In this document: one piece after another, positions 53,700 through 64,000 of the stretch
How the letters are laid out: the number at the start of each line of letters is the position of its first letter
Numbering within the stretch: the stretch's first letter is position 1
Origin: Hydrolagus affinis
Lineage: Eukaryota
Assembly: GCA_012026655.1 (NCBI GenBank)
Contig: JAAILG010001411.1
Coordinates: 1 to 64,000 of the forward strand
DNA length: 64,000 nt
Direction of reading: 5' to 3'
The notes under the pieces: generated by a model
Database searches by the model: none
What the model was told of the DNA's origin: nothing
Seen by the model: the letters and a program-made list of their open reading frames with translations, nothing else
Translations under genes and position numbers: made by a program

Positions 53700-54055
53700 T
53701 GACGGTAATTTAACAGCATATTCAGGCATTACACAGACACACTTCAATGCTGTGCTGGGGGAGTGTTGCATGGTCAGAGATACCATGCTTCAGATGAGAT
53801 ATTAAACCTATGCCATAGGATCTTTCACATCCAAATGAGTTTGTTGCTCCGTTGGATGTTAAAATCCTATAGCATTACCTATATACAGTAAATAGTTTAT
53901 AAGTAAAACAGTTGACTATTCCTATATCAATTCACTCTGTTTCGCCCACAAAATATGCAGTCAATTCACTTCACAGTGTATTCTGTGAAGTGCTTTAACA
54001 TGTCAATGTTGTGGTTAGGCACTATATGAAATGCAAGGATTATTATTATTATTAC
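53700..54055 (+). mobile_element. Old DeuSINE remnant plus younger SINE tail
   Basis: ttcagatgagatattaaacc Deu motif; SINE tail at 53938-54055. Confidence 0.7.
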
Positions 54056-54937
54056 TCGCTTGGTAAATGCATGTACAGTATAAAGATGTACTATTTATAT
54101 TGTACATTTTGTATTATGAGTGATTTTGTTATTTTATTTTTTTAAATGATCCCATAACACTATTTGTAAAGAGAGGGAATTCTGGCCAACATTTCTCCAG
54201 ATCAAAAAACAATTGGTCATTCTCTTTATGTGGGACATTGCTGTTTGCAAATTAGCTCCTTTGAAGCGTTCTGAGATGCCATCCGGCGTGGAGGGCGCTA
54301 TATAAATCAAAGTTGTTGTTGTGTTGGTCTACAAATTCTAAACTTGTCACTACACTTTACACTCTAAGCTACAGAACTCCACATTGTCAACAGAATGTAT
54401 TGTGATAGTTTTGTACAATTTCTTTTAATTGCCATAGGATCTTTCTTTTTTTACTATCTTTCTTTTCTTTAACTATGTGCAAAAGAAATTGTAGGCTTCC
54501 TTGATTATGTAATTAACAATCAATGAAAAAGGTGCCAAGTAATTCTGGAATTCTATTCATTGGTTGCTAATTACATAATTAAGCACATTTTTAATTGAGT
54601 CTTCACATGGGTTTACACAACTCGCATAATACTGTATAGGGTATGGCTTTCCTCCACCCACAACTCAATTACAACACCAAATTAAAAACAATATTGAGTA
54701 ATCTCATCTGCAATCCACACTGTACTGGCCACTATTCTAAATGAGCCTTTTTTTTAACGAAAGGGAAATATTATTTTATTCTACAGTACAGATATCCTTC
54801 ACCTTTATGAACACAAAATCCATCAGCAGCTTAATGACAAAGAAAGCAGCAAATGGGTGGAAGCATCCTCAGATGGGACAATATGTTCCAGAATGCTAAG
54901 TTCCCGTACAAGTTATTCAGAAAACTGGTAAAGTTGT

Positions 54938-55172
54938 GGAGTCCTGAAGCTGAATGGTTAAGAGTATTGGTACTCGCCTCACAAGCGAGAGACCTGGGTT
55001 TGATTCCTTTGGCAAGTTTCCTTACTCCACAAGCCTGATAATAATCCCTCAGGAAGAAAAACAATAATAAATTGGCCACTTCAATCCACGGCTGTAAATA
55101 CTCTATGAAGCGCTTTGAGATACCTGGAAGATATGAAAAGTCCTATATGAAAATGCAAGGATTTTATTATTA
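54938..55172 (+). mobile_element. tRNA/Deu SINE, internally deleted
   Basis: Family head, core and tail. Confidence 0.88.
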
Positions 55173-56535
55173 GTACAGTATACCTGTAGTATAAATGTTG
55201 GAAACTACCTTGTGTTAAGGTACTTTAAACATGCCTAGCAGAGAGTATATGGGCTGACATATTTCATGAGCACACGCAGCACATTTCAGGGGGGAATACA
55301 AGTCATCTCAGCTAGTGCAAAACAGATATGTTATTTTTCTATTCCCTATGTTTAGAGATTAAACGACAGGCTGTGCAAGCACATTTACAGTGCTCTGAGA
55401 AGGTGAAGGCATAATCGGCAAAGCCACTAGTCCATGTTTCCTAAATGCTACAGAAAACATTACTGTGACCCAGCAGAAAATTAGCAACGTGGCTTTAAAA
55501 GCTGACATTTAGCATGACTTTTCAGAAAGTGACACCCTCATATTTTCTTGGAGAATATCATTAAATTTCAACCGCCCTATGGCAGTGCCTTTCCATTAAT
55601 AACCAATTCACGCTGTCACTTTGGCGCTACTTTGAAATAATGAGCCTTTGCTTCTCTTTAATAAATTTAAACATATTCTCAAGGCCACAAAAGATAGAAA
55701 ATCACAGATGGGTTGGAAAAAACATGTTTCATAAATCCTCAACTGCCTGAGATCATTTGAGCCAAAACAAAGTAATACTCGTAAAATATTAAACAATCCC
55801 AGCTGCATCAGTGTGGCTTCATTAACAAAAAAGGACATTTTACAGGCTTTGACAGTGCCTTTGGGTAGAAAGTTCCAATTTAATCGATTCAAAAAATCCC
55901 CATATCAAAAGTATAGAAACATTTTGTGAACTGCAGCCCTTTAGATCGTCTGTTGTTGCAGGGATCAGATATACAAACGCTAACATTGGAAATAAAGATA
56001 CATAAATAAATCACTGACTGATGTAAATTTACATCATTAAGTGCAATAAACATTGGTAATGATATTGATCTACATAACAGGCCTCTGTAGGCATTAATTT
56101 GTTGAATGTGTTATAAACGCTCTTGCTTGTACCACAAGGCTGCTTTTTCTCACTCAGCTTGCCTTCAAAATAAAGCAGTTATCTCATCATCAACAACAAC
56201 AACTTTGATTTACATAGCACCCTCCAGCCCGGACGGTGTCATCAAATGCTTTGGATTTTAACCAAGGATATCTTTGAGGTAATTGTTAACAGTTGGATAA
56301 TTTGCTAAATCGTTTGACAGAATTTTCCCTCTTGCGAAGTTGCCTCTATTATTCTGGCTGTCGATTTTGGAAGCATGATTTTACTAAAAAAAAATCTATT
56401 AAAAATAAATAATATTTAATTCCCATATTCAAGTAGAAATTCTGGTAAAACAAATAAGATCTAATGTAACATTGGATTTACTTAAAATACCTATTGGGAA
56501 ATGGCAAAATTGAAGTCTAATTTCTTCTCCCTCTG

Positions 56536-56880
56536 GAGCTCCTGTGGCTCAGTGGTTAGAGCACTTGTCTTGCAAGCTGGGGAGACCAAGTTGCGGAGAC
56601 CTGTGTTCGAATCCAGGCAGGTCAGGGCGAAACCTTGCGCAAGTTTCCTTACTCCACACGCCTAATAATAATAATCCCTCCAAAAAAAACACAATAATAA
56701 AATTGGTCATTTCAATCCACGACTGTGTGTGGGACACTGCTGTGCACAATTGGCTGCCGCGATTCGCCCACAAATATATACAGTCAATTCACTTTACAGT
56801 ATATTCTGTGAAGCGCTTTGGGATGTCGATAAGATGTGGAAAGCGCTATATCAAATGCAAGGATTATTATTATTATTATA
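56536..56880 (+). mobile_element. tRNA/Deu SINE, full length, same subfamily as 6602-6928
   Basis: Shared diagnostics ggagctcc, gtgttcgaatccaggcag and tcgataagatgtg. Confidence 0.93.
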
Positions 56881-57249
56881 TTATATTTACCATTTTGTAT
56901 GTGTTTTAGGGTTAGCTTTGGTTGCCTACCAACTAAAGTAATTTTTGAAACAATGTAACAGTTGTGTAAACTAACCATTTTCACAACAGTGGGTGCTTTG
57001 TTTATATATCAAAGCCACTGGGGTGGGGTGGAGATTGCATTTTCCAAAGCTGAACACCTAATGCGTATTTTTTTAAATTAAAATACCAGGGATCCTTTTG
57101 GCTGGTCCCTAGAAACTAGAATCCTTAAAAGTTGGGATAAATAACCTGCTAACTGATAAACACATGAAAAGTCAAAAGTTCTGAATATTTGTTCCAATTA
57201 GTAACTATATTGTGCTTAATTGCCTGCTGAGTCTCGCTCACAAAATATA

Positions 57250-57340
57250 GAGGCATTTCACTTTATGGTCTTCTAGACATCCCAAAGCGCTTCACAGAAT
57301 ATCCTGTAAAGTGAACTGACTGTATGTTTTGTGGGTTTCC
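57250..57340 (-). mobile_element. SINE 3' fragment
   Basis: tcttctagacatcccaaagcgcttcacagaat. Confidence 0.75.
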
Positions 57341-59214
57341 ATCTGTGCCTACAAAGCACGTCATCAAAGCAACAAATTTCATCTAATTTGATAATTCACA
57401 CCAAGTTGCAATCACAAACACTCACTCTCCATAGCCAGAGTCATCTTCATACTCATTCCCATGGTTGGAGGTGATGATGTGGGGGTGGTGGTGGAGGTTT
57501 ACAGCTAATCTGACACCGAGTCAGGTTTTCCAGATTAGAAGTGAAAAAATATAGCCTTTGTGTGTTACTTGTTGCCTCTGGAGAGGTCTCCACTCCGGAG
57601 ACAAACTAGAGGTAGCAAAACTGTATTAGTCTCACCTCTCCCTTTATCCTTCAATACTACCCTCAAGAAGATACTTATTAAGCCCTAAACTGACACAGTT
57701 GCAGCGTTTTTGTCAGAAGTCTGTTTCACATTCCCACTGCTCTATGAGAATGAAATCTTCCAATCTCTAGTTCTGCTCGAGGCTTTTTTAATTTAAAACC
57801 TATGCCCTCTATTTCTGTTCTCACAGTCCAAGTCAAATATCCTGCTTACATCTAACTTATCCATACCATTCATCATTTTACACTCAACTTGCAGTTCAGA
57901 AAAAAAGGCTTGCTTATCACCTCATGTTCACATTGAAACTATCTGCAGCTTTACCAGTATCCAGTCATTGATTTAAAGCTTTATGTACACCTTTTCCACA
58001 TAGAGGAAAAAGGACAAGGCTTTTTCTACAGCACTCACAATATATAAATGTAGTATTCACAAACACTGGCTTTTTCAAAATGTCATATTTTGCTATGAAT
58101 AATTGATGCATTTCCTGTCCAAAGCAGGAGATCAAAGTCATCTTCTTTTAGCGAGAGTGAGTTGGAGAGGATAAAACTTAAAAGGTGAGTTGACAAATCA
58201 GCAGACAGGATATCAATATTTCCGAGCATTCAAAGGGCAAGCCTGCACCTTTACTTCCTGCCATGCATTTCTGGTAATGGGAGCAAGGACCATGGTGCAG
58301 ATTGCCTCCTGTCAGCTATTATCTTATCCAGCAACATTAACATATTGCATCGTGAAGGTAAACCATTCAGAGGACATCTCCTTCTGCAAATTTCAGTATC
58401 AAATCTGCTGTGACCTTAGTAACGCAACTGGTTCTAAAAAGATCTTTTTTGCTAGCTGATCTTATTGATTGTTTGCAATCGAAGAGTATGTATGATAATG
58501 TGAATTGCAAAAATGTGATTCAATTGTGCAATGATGGTATCAGCATACAGTGTACCCCCACCATCTGCCACAAAATGTCTCCATCTTTAAAATGATGCCT
58601 TAAAATGAGTACAGTATATTACTATAATTTGAAGCCATATTGCATAAGATTTCTCCTGTAGCATTAACACTATGTGCTAGGGTGAAAACTTGACCCAAGA
58701 GGCATTCTAGAGCTTTCCAAGCAAGCTGCCCTGGCTTTCACAGGAAATGACTCCACAGATAATGAGAGCTCTTTATAGAGAGTGATAAAGTACTGTACAC
58801 AGTTACTACACTTTACAAGAAATCCTAGGAAACCGTTTAAGACACCATCCTGATGTAGAATACAAGGATTATTATCATGATCTTAACATATTTTTAAAAA
58901 TGTCTTTAGGATCCCTAAATACAGTACACCATTCCCAGACAGAGCGCAGACAATTAAATGCTCTTCGAGGATGCAAAAAGATGATCAGAAGCAGCAGGTG
59001 ATCATATTGCTTGCTGTGGGAATGTCTGGCCTCCCTGTTGCCTGTCCATAGAGAGCTGTGTGAGATTACATAAACTATGGTGTAGACAAGCTGGATTGTA
59101 CCTTCATGTACATTGTATATTGCTCGCCCCAAACATTGTTTGAATCAATAATACTCTTAAACTGTTTCATGGTAGTGACTTGGGTTTACTTAAATAGATG
59201 TGTGGTTGCCTCCT

Positions 59215-59832
59215 TTATCACAGGGATGAAGGTCTTCAATTATGCAGAGACTAGAAAATGTGGGATTGTTCTCTTTAGAGCAGGGAAGATTCAATAGAGG
59301 TCTTCAAAAGTATGAGGTATTTTGAAAGAATAAATAAGGAGAAACTGTTTCCACCGGCTAATGGGTCGGTAACTAGAAAACACAGATTTATGATAATTGG
59401 CAAAAGAACCAGAGATGAAGAAATTTTCTTCGATGCAACAAGGTTAGAATATGGCATGTGCTGTCTGAAAGGGAGGTGGAAGCAGATTCAATAATAACTT
59501 TCAAAAGGGAATTGCATATATGTTACAGTGAAGTTGTGAAATCAGGGATTTTGTGAAATGCCTGAAATTTTCAGTAAAATTGTGAAACCATGAAATCCCT
59601 GACTCCTAATTTAAGTGATTTCATGGTTTCAAAATTTTACTGAAAATTTCAAGGATTTTACGATCTCCCTAGTTCCACAACTTTAATATATATACTTTAA
59701 ACACAAACAATTGCATGGGTATGGGGAACGAATTGGGGACCAGAACTAATTGGAAAGCTCTTTCAAAGTGCGCAGGCACGATGGGCCGAATAACCTCCTT
59801 CTGTACTGCAAGATTGTATGATTGTATGATTC
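59215..59832 (+). mobile_element. CR1 LINE 3' end with a nested foldback MITE
   Basis: ERINKEKLFP...TRKHRFMIIGKR motif; gatgggccgaataacctccttctgtactg and (attgtatg)n tail. Confidence 0.85.
59526..59688. mobile_element. Palindromic (foldback) MITE
   Basis: TA|CAGTGAAGTTGTG start; ~72-bp inverted arms around a 19-nt spacer; TA on both sides. Confidence 0.85.
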
Positions 59833-60289
59833 AATCTCAGCGTCTTTGACTACAACTCTGCTAAGATTGGCAATTCACTTCAGAACATCAGGATCCTAAT
59901 AATAAACCAGCTCAACTAAAAGCTCATTTGGCAATGATAAAACAACAGAATGTCAAAGAAACCCAGTATCAGATCAGTCTATACGTGCAACTTTCCAAAT
60001 GGATAATGGACATTCCAATTAGAGACCATGGAGAAATCAAATTTGACAATCTCAATCTATTTAAGTGTTATAAATGTTACATCAATATAATAAAAATAAA
60101 GGTTGCTATAGTATTGATGGTCTGTCACGAGAAATCATCGGTATATTTAGAAAATGTTATTGACATTGATTCAATAAAACATTTAGTAGAACTTTGACTC
60201 CTCTTAATTAACAGCGAGGTCTAAGAAATTAGAAAGACAGGCTAACCCCAATAGTGTAGTAGGTAAAGCTACAGATTATGGACTACTCT

Positions 60290-60575
60290 ATGCTGAGTTT
60301 GCTGGTCTCATATGGGGTTGAAATGTAAATTGACTCTAGCCTTCTCATGGAGAGGAGGGGAAACCCAGCTAGATGTCTTGCTTTGACTCCCTTTACAGCA
60401 CCTTCTAATGGTAGTGCATATGTGTGGCAGCTGGGTGGGGATAGATCAGGCCCACCTCATAGAATCATAGAATTATACAGTACAGAAGGAGGCCATTCGG
60501 ACCTTAGTGTCAGGGCCGGCTCTTTGAAAAGCCATCCTATTCCCCCGCGCTCTCCCCTTAGCCCCACACCTGTGA
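60290..60575. mobile_element. AmnSINE2-like fragment (+) followed by a CR1 tail (-)
   Basis: tgctgagtttgctggtctca...gtgcatatgtgtgg; catagaatcatagaa...aggaggccattcgg. Confidence 0.55.
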
Positions 60576-60745
60576 TGTTCTCTACAATCAGAGGCCTACC
60601 AAGACTTACTTCCTAGGCTCAACTGTACCTCAGAAAGAAGAGGCCAGAACGGTAGCAGAGATGCATAAACTAGTGGTGAGAGAAAAATTGAGGGAACTAT
60701 TAGACACATTAACATTGAAAAGAAATAAATTCAGATAGGATAATA

Positions 60746-60961
60746 CAGTAAAAGCACGTTTATCCGGCACCCCATCAACCATAACTTCCATATAACCGGC
60801 ATTGCAAAAAAAGGTCCGCATTCGATTAACCGGAATTTATCTGGAAAAATGCCAATTTTTTTAAAAAAAACTTTTTTTTGCGTTTTCGGATGAATATCCG
60901 GCACATGCTTTAACCGGCATTGGCCAGGTCCCAAGGGCACCGGATAAACAGGCTTTTATTG
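60746..60961. mobile_element. pogo/Tigger-type MITE, copy 2, with TA target-site duplication
   Basis: TA|CAGTAAAAGCACGTTTATCCGG...CCGGATAAACAGGCTTTTATTG|TA. Confidence 0.88.
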
Positions 60962-61929
60962 TATATGAAGACATCAGAAAACACATTCCACATTTTGCTT
61001 AGGTCATTGTAAAAAGTATCCCAATCTCTTAGCCAGAGCAAATGGTCCTCTGCATGTCAGAGTAAATTGCACTCATGTTTGTGTTCTGTTACTAAAGTTT
61101 GCTGAAAATAAAACAAAATAAGGCTTGTTTAACCACAGTTTGACTACAAACCATGTATGCTCTAGGCTTTGTCTATTCCAGTGCATGGCAATTGACAAAA
61201 GCATTCACAGGATGAGCAATTTTTCTCCAGGGAATAAGATCGTTGGTCTGAGCCAAACAGGGAAGGAGAACTGTGTCAAGTACCTTAGAGCACAGTTATG
61301 GAGCAGGACATACTGACTATTTCAAGAAAAATAATGATGTGTAAAAATACAAGAAAATAAATGATAGAACGTTAAAATGACAAGAATAGACATCATGTTA
61401 ATCATTGCCAAAATAGGCAAAAATCCACATACAGGCTCTTGATTGTGGCATGTAATATTACTATTGGTGATAATTATCACCTTCACACCAAAAATGTGGT
61501 AAAAAATAATCGATAATGTTCACTGACACCCCGGGGGCGGGGGTTGGTGGGGAGGGGGGGCTGCAATCACCAAGACACTGAGAACTTAAGCACTCACCCC
61601 TTGGTACAACGGCCTGAGGATCTCTCCTTTCTGTTGGAGCACTTGATCACAGTGAAAGGGCATTCCTTTGAGTGGGGCTACAAACAGGACACTGGCATAA
61701 CTCATCAGTATCCTGTGAAATAGCACGCAAACACTCTAGGATTTCAATGTGAAATCAGGGCTCTCTAATCAGTAGGCAAAAGTTGGCGAAATTTTTTAAT
61801 TGATGATAGGAGCAAGCCATTCAAGGCTGAAATTGAGGTGGGCGAGTTTTTTCACTCCTCTATGTTGACGTTGAACAAAACTTCATGACATAGTTATTTT
61901 TACCTTAATATGCAGTCATGTCTGGAAGT

Positions 61930-62320
61930 TATATGACATTAAAGGTTCAGTGGTTCCATCAGTATTCATTTTAAAAATAGTTAATCTGTCTCTGCTGAGT
62001 ACAGCAAGGTGGTGTTTTGGCCTCTGTAGTCCTTGGCTAAAGGTGGGATATTAGACAAGGTTCCTGTACTAATTCCTAATCAGCAATAATGTGCACTAAA
62101 GCTACAGAGTGCATATGTGTTTAGATGTTTAGAGAAATACATATAGTATTGGGTTTGGGTGTGACCCCTTCCCCACCATGGTTGAATAGCCTGCTAATAC
62201 TCACTATCTAAGCTCACACAAACAAAATCCACCTGTGCAGGGAACCAGAGAACTGCTACCATCAGTAGGATTGTACTGTACCCCAACAAAAGCCACTGAC
62301 TCTAGGAAGATGCAAGAAAA
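61930..62320 (+). mobile_element. Ancient AmnSINE2-like element
   Basis: ggttgaatagcctgctaatactcactatctaagctcacac matches my recollection of the AmnSINE2 core. Confidence 0.55.
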
Positions 62321-64000
62321 CAAAAGTCATTCCATAATAGCCTAGCAAATGTGAGAAACACTTGGTAAAACACTATCAATGTCTGTTTAGTAAGAAATAA
62401 AATTACAACTCCTCTGCATTAAAGAATTGCTAATTTTTAGCCCTTCTTCTGAGCAAAGTGAAATTGGCATTCAGGGTATGGCTGCAGCGGGTGAGATCAC
62501 TGGTAGAGGAGAAGAAAAAGATTATAAATTGGCAAATGAATAGCCTATTTATTCTGCACTAAACTGGCTATTTGACTAGATTCACCAGCAGAAAGATGCA
62601 AGCTGAAAATGTGTCCCTCACAGCTGTCTTTCTGATCCTTGTTCCTTTTGGCCTGCATAGTTTTTGCTGAAAGTTTTTTTTCTTTCCTGACAGCCTTTTA
62701 TCCACTATTATGTGAAACAATTGTAATGTAAAGCATGTGAATGTAGAATCTTGCCACTGGGCCCTCATAAATCTTACCAGTTCCCACTGAACAACACCAA
62801 ATATTTCCAGCTGAGGAACATTTGGTCTGGTTTAAATTAACATTTCTCAGCAGTCAGAAGTCATTAAGCTCTACCAGTGATTTGAAATCATTTTTCCATT
62901 TCAAAAGCGACAGTGGCTGGCTGTGAAATTTTGTCTGGATGGGCCTGAGGGAGAAGGTGAGGAGGAAGAAAACCGTTAAAATGGATTTTGTGAGCACTAA
63001 TGAAAAATTGCGGAAAGAGCCGAAAATCACGTTGTGTAGATTTATTATTTAGACGCCGTTGACTTTGTTGACTTACACTGCACATATGTAAATAATTAAA
63101 GGATTACTTTCAGTAATACTCTCCATTTCAGGTGTTCTATCGCACAACTCACAATTTGCTTTGTTAATCGGTTTGATATATTCATCTTTCCAATATTAGA
63201 TCTCCAGTTCTCAGGCCGATTGTTAGCAATTCTGATTCTGCCACACTGTACCGTTCCACTCAAAATCCCTCCATTCACTCCGCCAGGGATGTTAGAATGG
63301 AAATCCTGCAGGGGTTTTAATTTTGGAGCAAGCGCCTTAAATCTGCTTAAGTCTGTTATAATTAGCATCATTAATTTCAGTACTTTGGTTCGTTCATTGC
63401 ATTGCACCCAGAGAGATGACAGAAGAAAGAAGTCACAGTCATATGCTCTCTGAATTCTACTGGTTGTTAGCTGCTAGTTCAACAGATTTTTTTTACAACA
63501 ACAATAATTAACTCAACATATTCGGGCCAATAAACTGACTAATTTCTCAAATCACAAAATACCAAGGTGACTGGAGTAAACAGGACAGCCTTGTAACGCT
63601 TTCTTTTTTTAAACTAATGTTTTACAAAAATAGCTGCTTGGAAATTTATCTTTATTTTATCAGTGTAATCCATTTTCATCCCGTGGGAGCCGCAAGGTAA
63701 CATGTAGGAACATTAACAGGTAAAAATTGTACAGACAAATGGAGGACACAATGGATAACATATGATGCAGGAAACAATCCACAATTGAACCGTGACATTA
63801 GTATTTTGGTAGCCTTACATTTCAGGATCCAGCTACTCAGTTTATTCCTATTGAAACAACTGAAATTCGTAGGAGCTCAAAATATAATTTGTTTTCCATT
63901 TGTCGATGGGGTGAAATGAGGTAAGTGATGTGAATTGTCACATCATGGGGATCTTCCACTCCTGGTTCTGCCCCAGTCGGTGATCCAAGAATTTGTTCAA

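Noticed and set aside
2371-57340. CRISPR-like or regularly spaced repeat system
   Set aside because: The repeats are dispersed SINE copies in both orientations with irregular spacing, and there are no cas-like genes
136-63453. Most ORF-track entries as genes
   Set aside because: Short, low-complexity or repeat-derived; only the spliced DACH1 exons and LINE remnants carry recognisable protein motifs
46535-64000. DACH1 exon 6
   Set aside because: No segment encoding the expected QNGLS...GLSP-like peptide was found by eye; it probably lies beyond the window

Overview
AT-rich vertebrate genomic DNA, most likely from a cartilaginous fish. The dominant tRNA-head/Deu/L2-tail SINE resembles the elephant-shark (holocephalan) SINE2 family; this species call is an inference. 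The window holds the 3' part of a Dachshund homolog 1 (DACH1) gene on the minus strand. I read five GT-AG coding exons: 46534-46389, 45310-45163, 44993-44850, 44577-44509 and 25595-25558. They encode the DD2/Box-C coiled coil and the C-terminus ...DGRLYLKTSVMY*. A ~3.4 kb 3'UTR with an assembly gap ends at an AATAAA near 22155, followed by ~22 kb of downstream gene desert (1-22100). The upstream exons lie beyond position 64000. The rest is SINEs, CR1/L2 LINE fragments, several MITEs and repeat-free blocks that look like conserved enhancers. Almost all ORF-track entries are spurious. I see no new multi-gene system. The best leads are a pre-miRNA-sized hairpin made of two inverted L2 tails, a foldback MITE with a near-perfect inner stem, a 507-nt frame-symmetric exon cluster flanked by inverted repeats, an internally symmetric putative ultraconserved element beside exon 7, a triple octamer cluster, and a locally templated insertion at a LINE junction.
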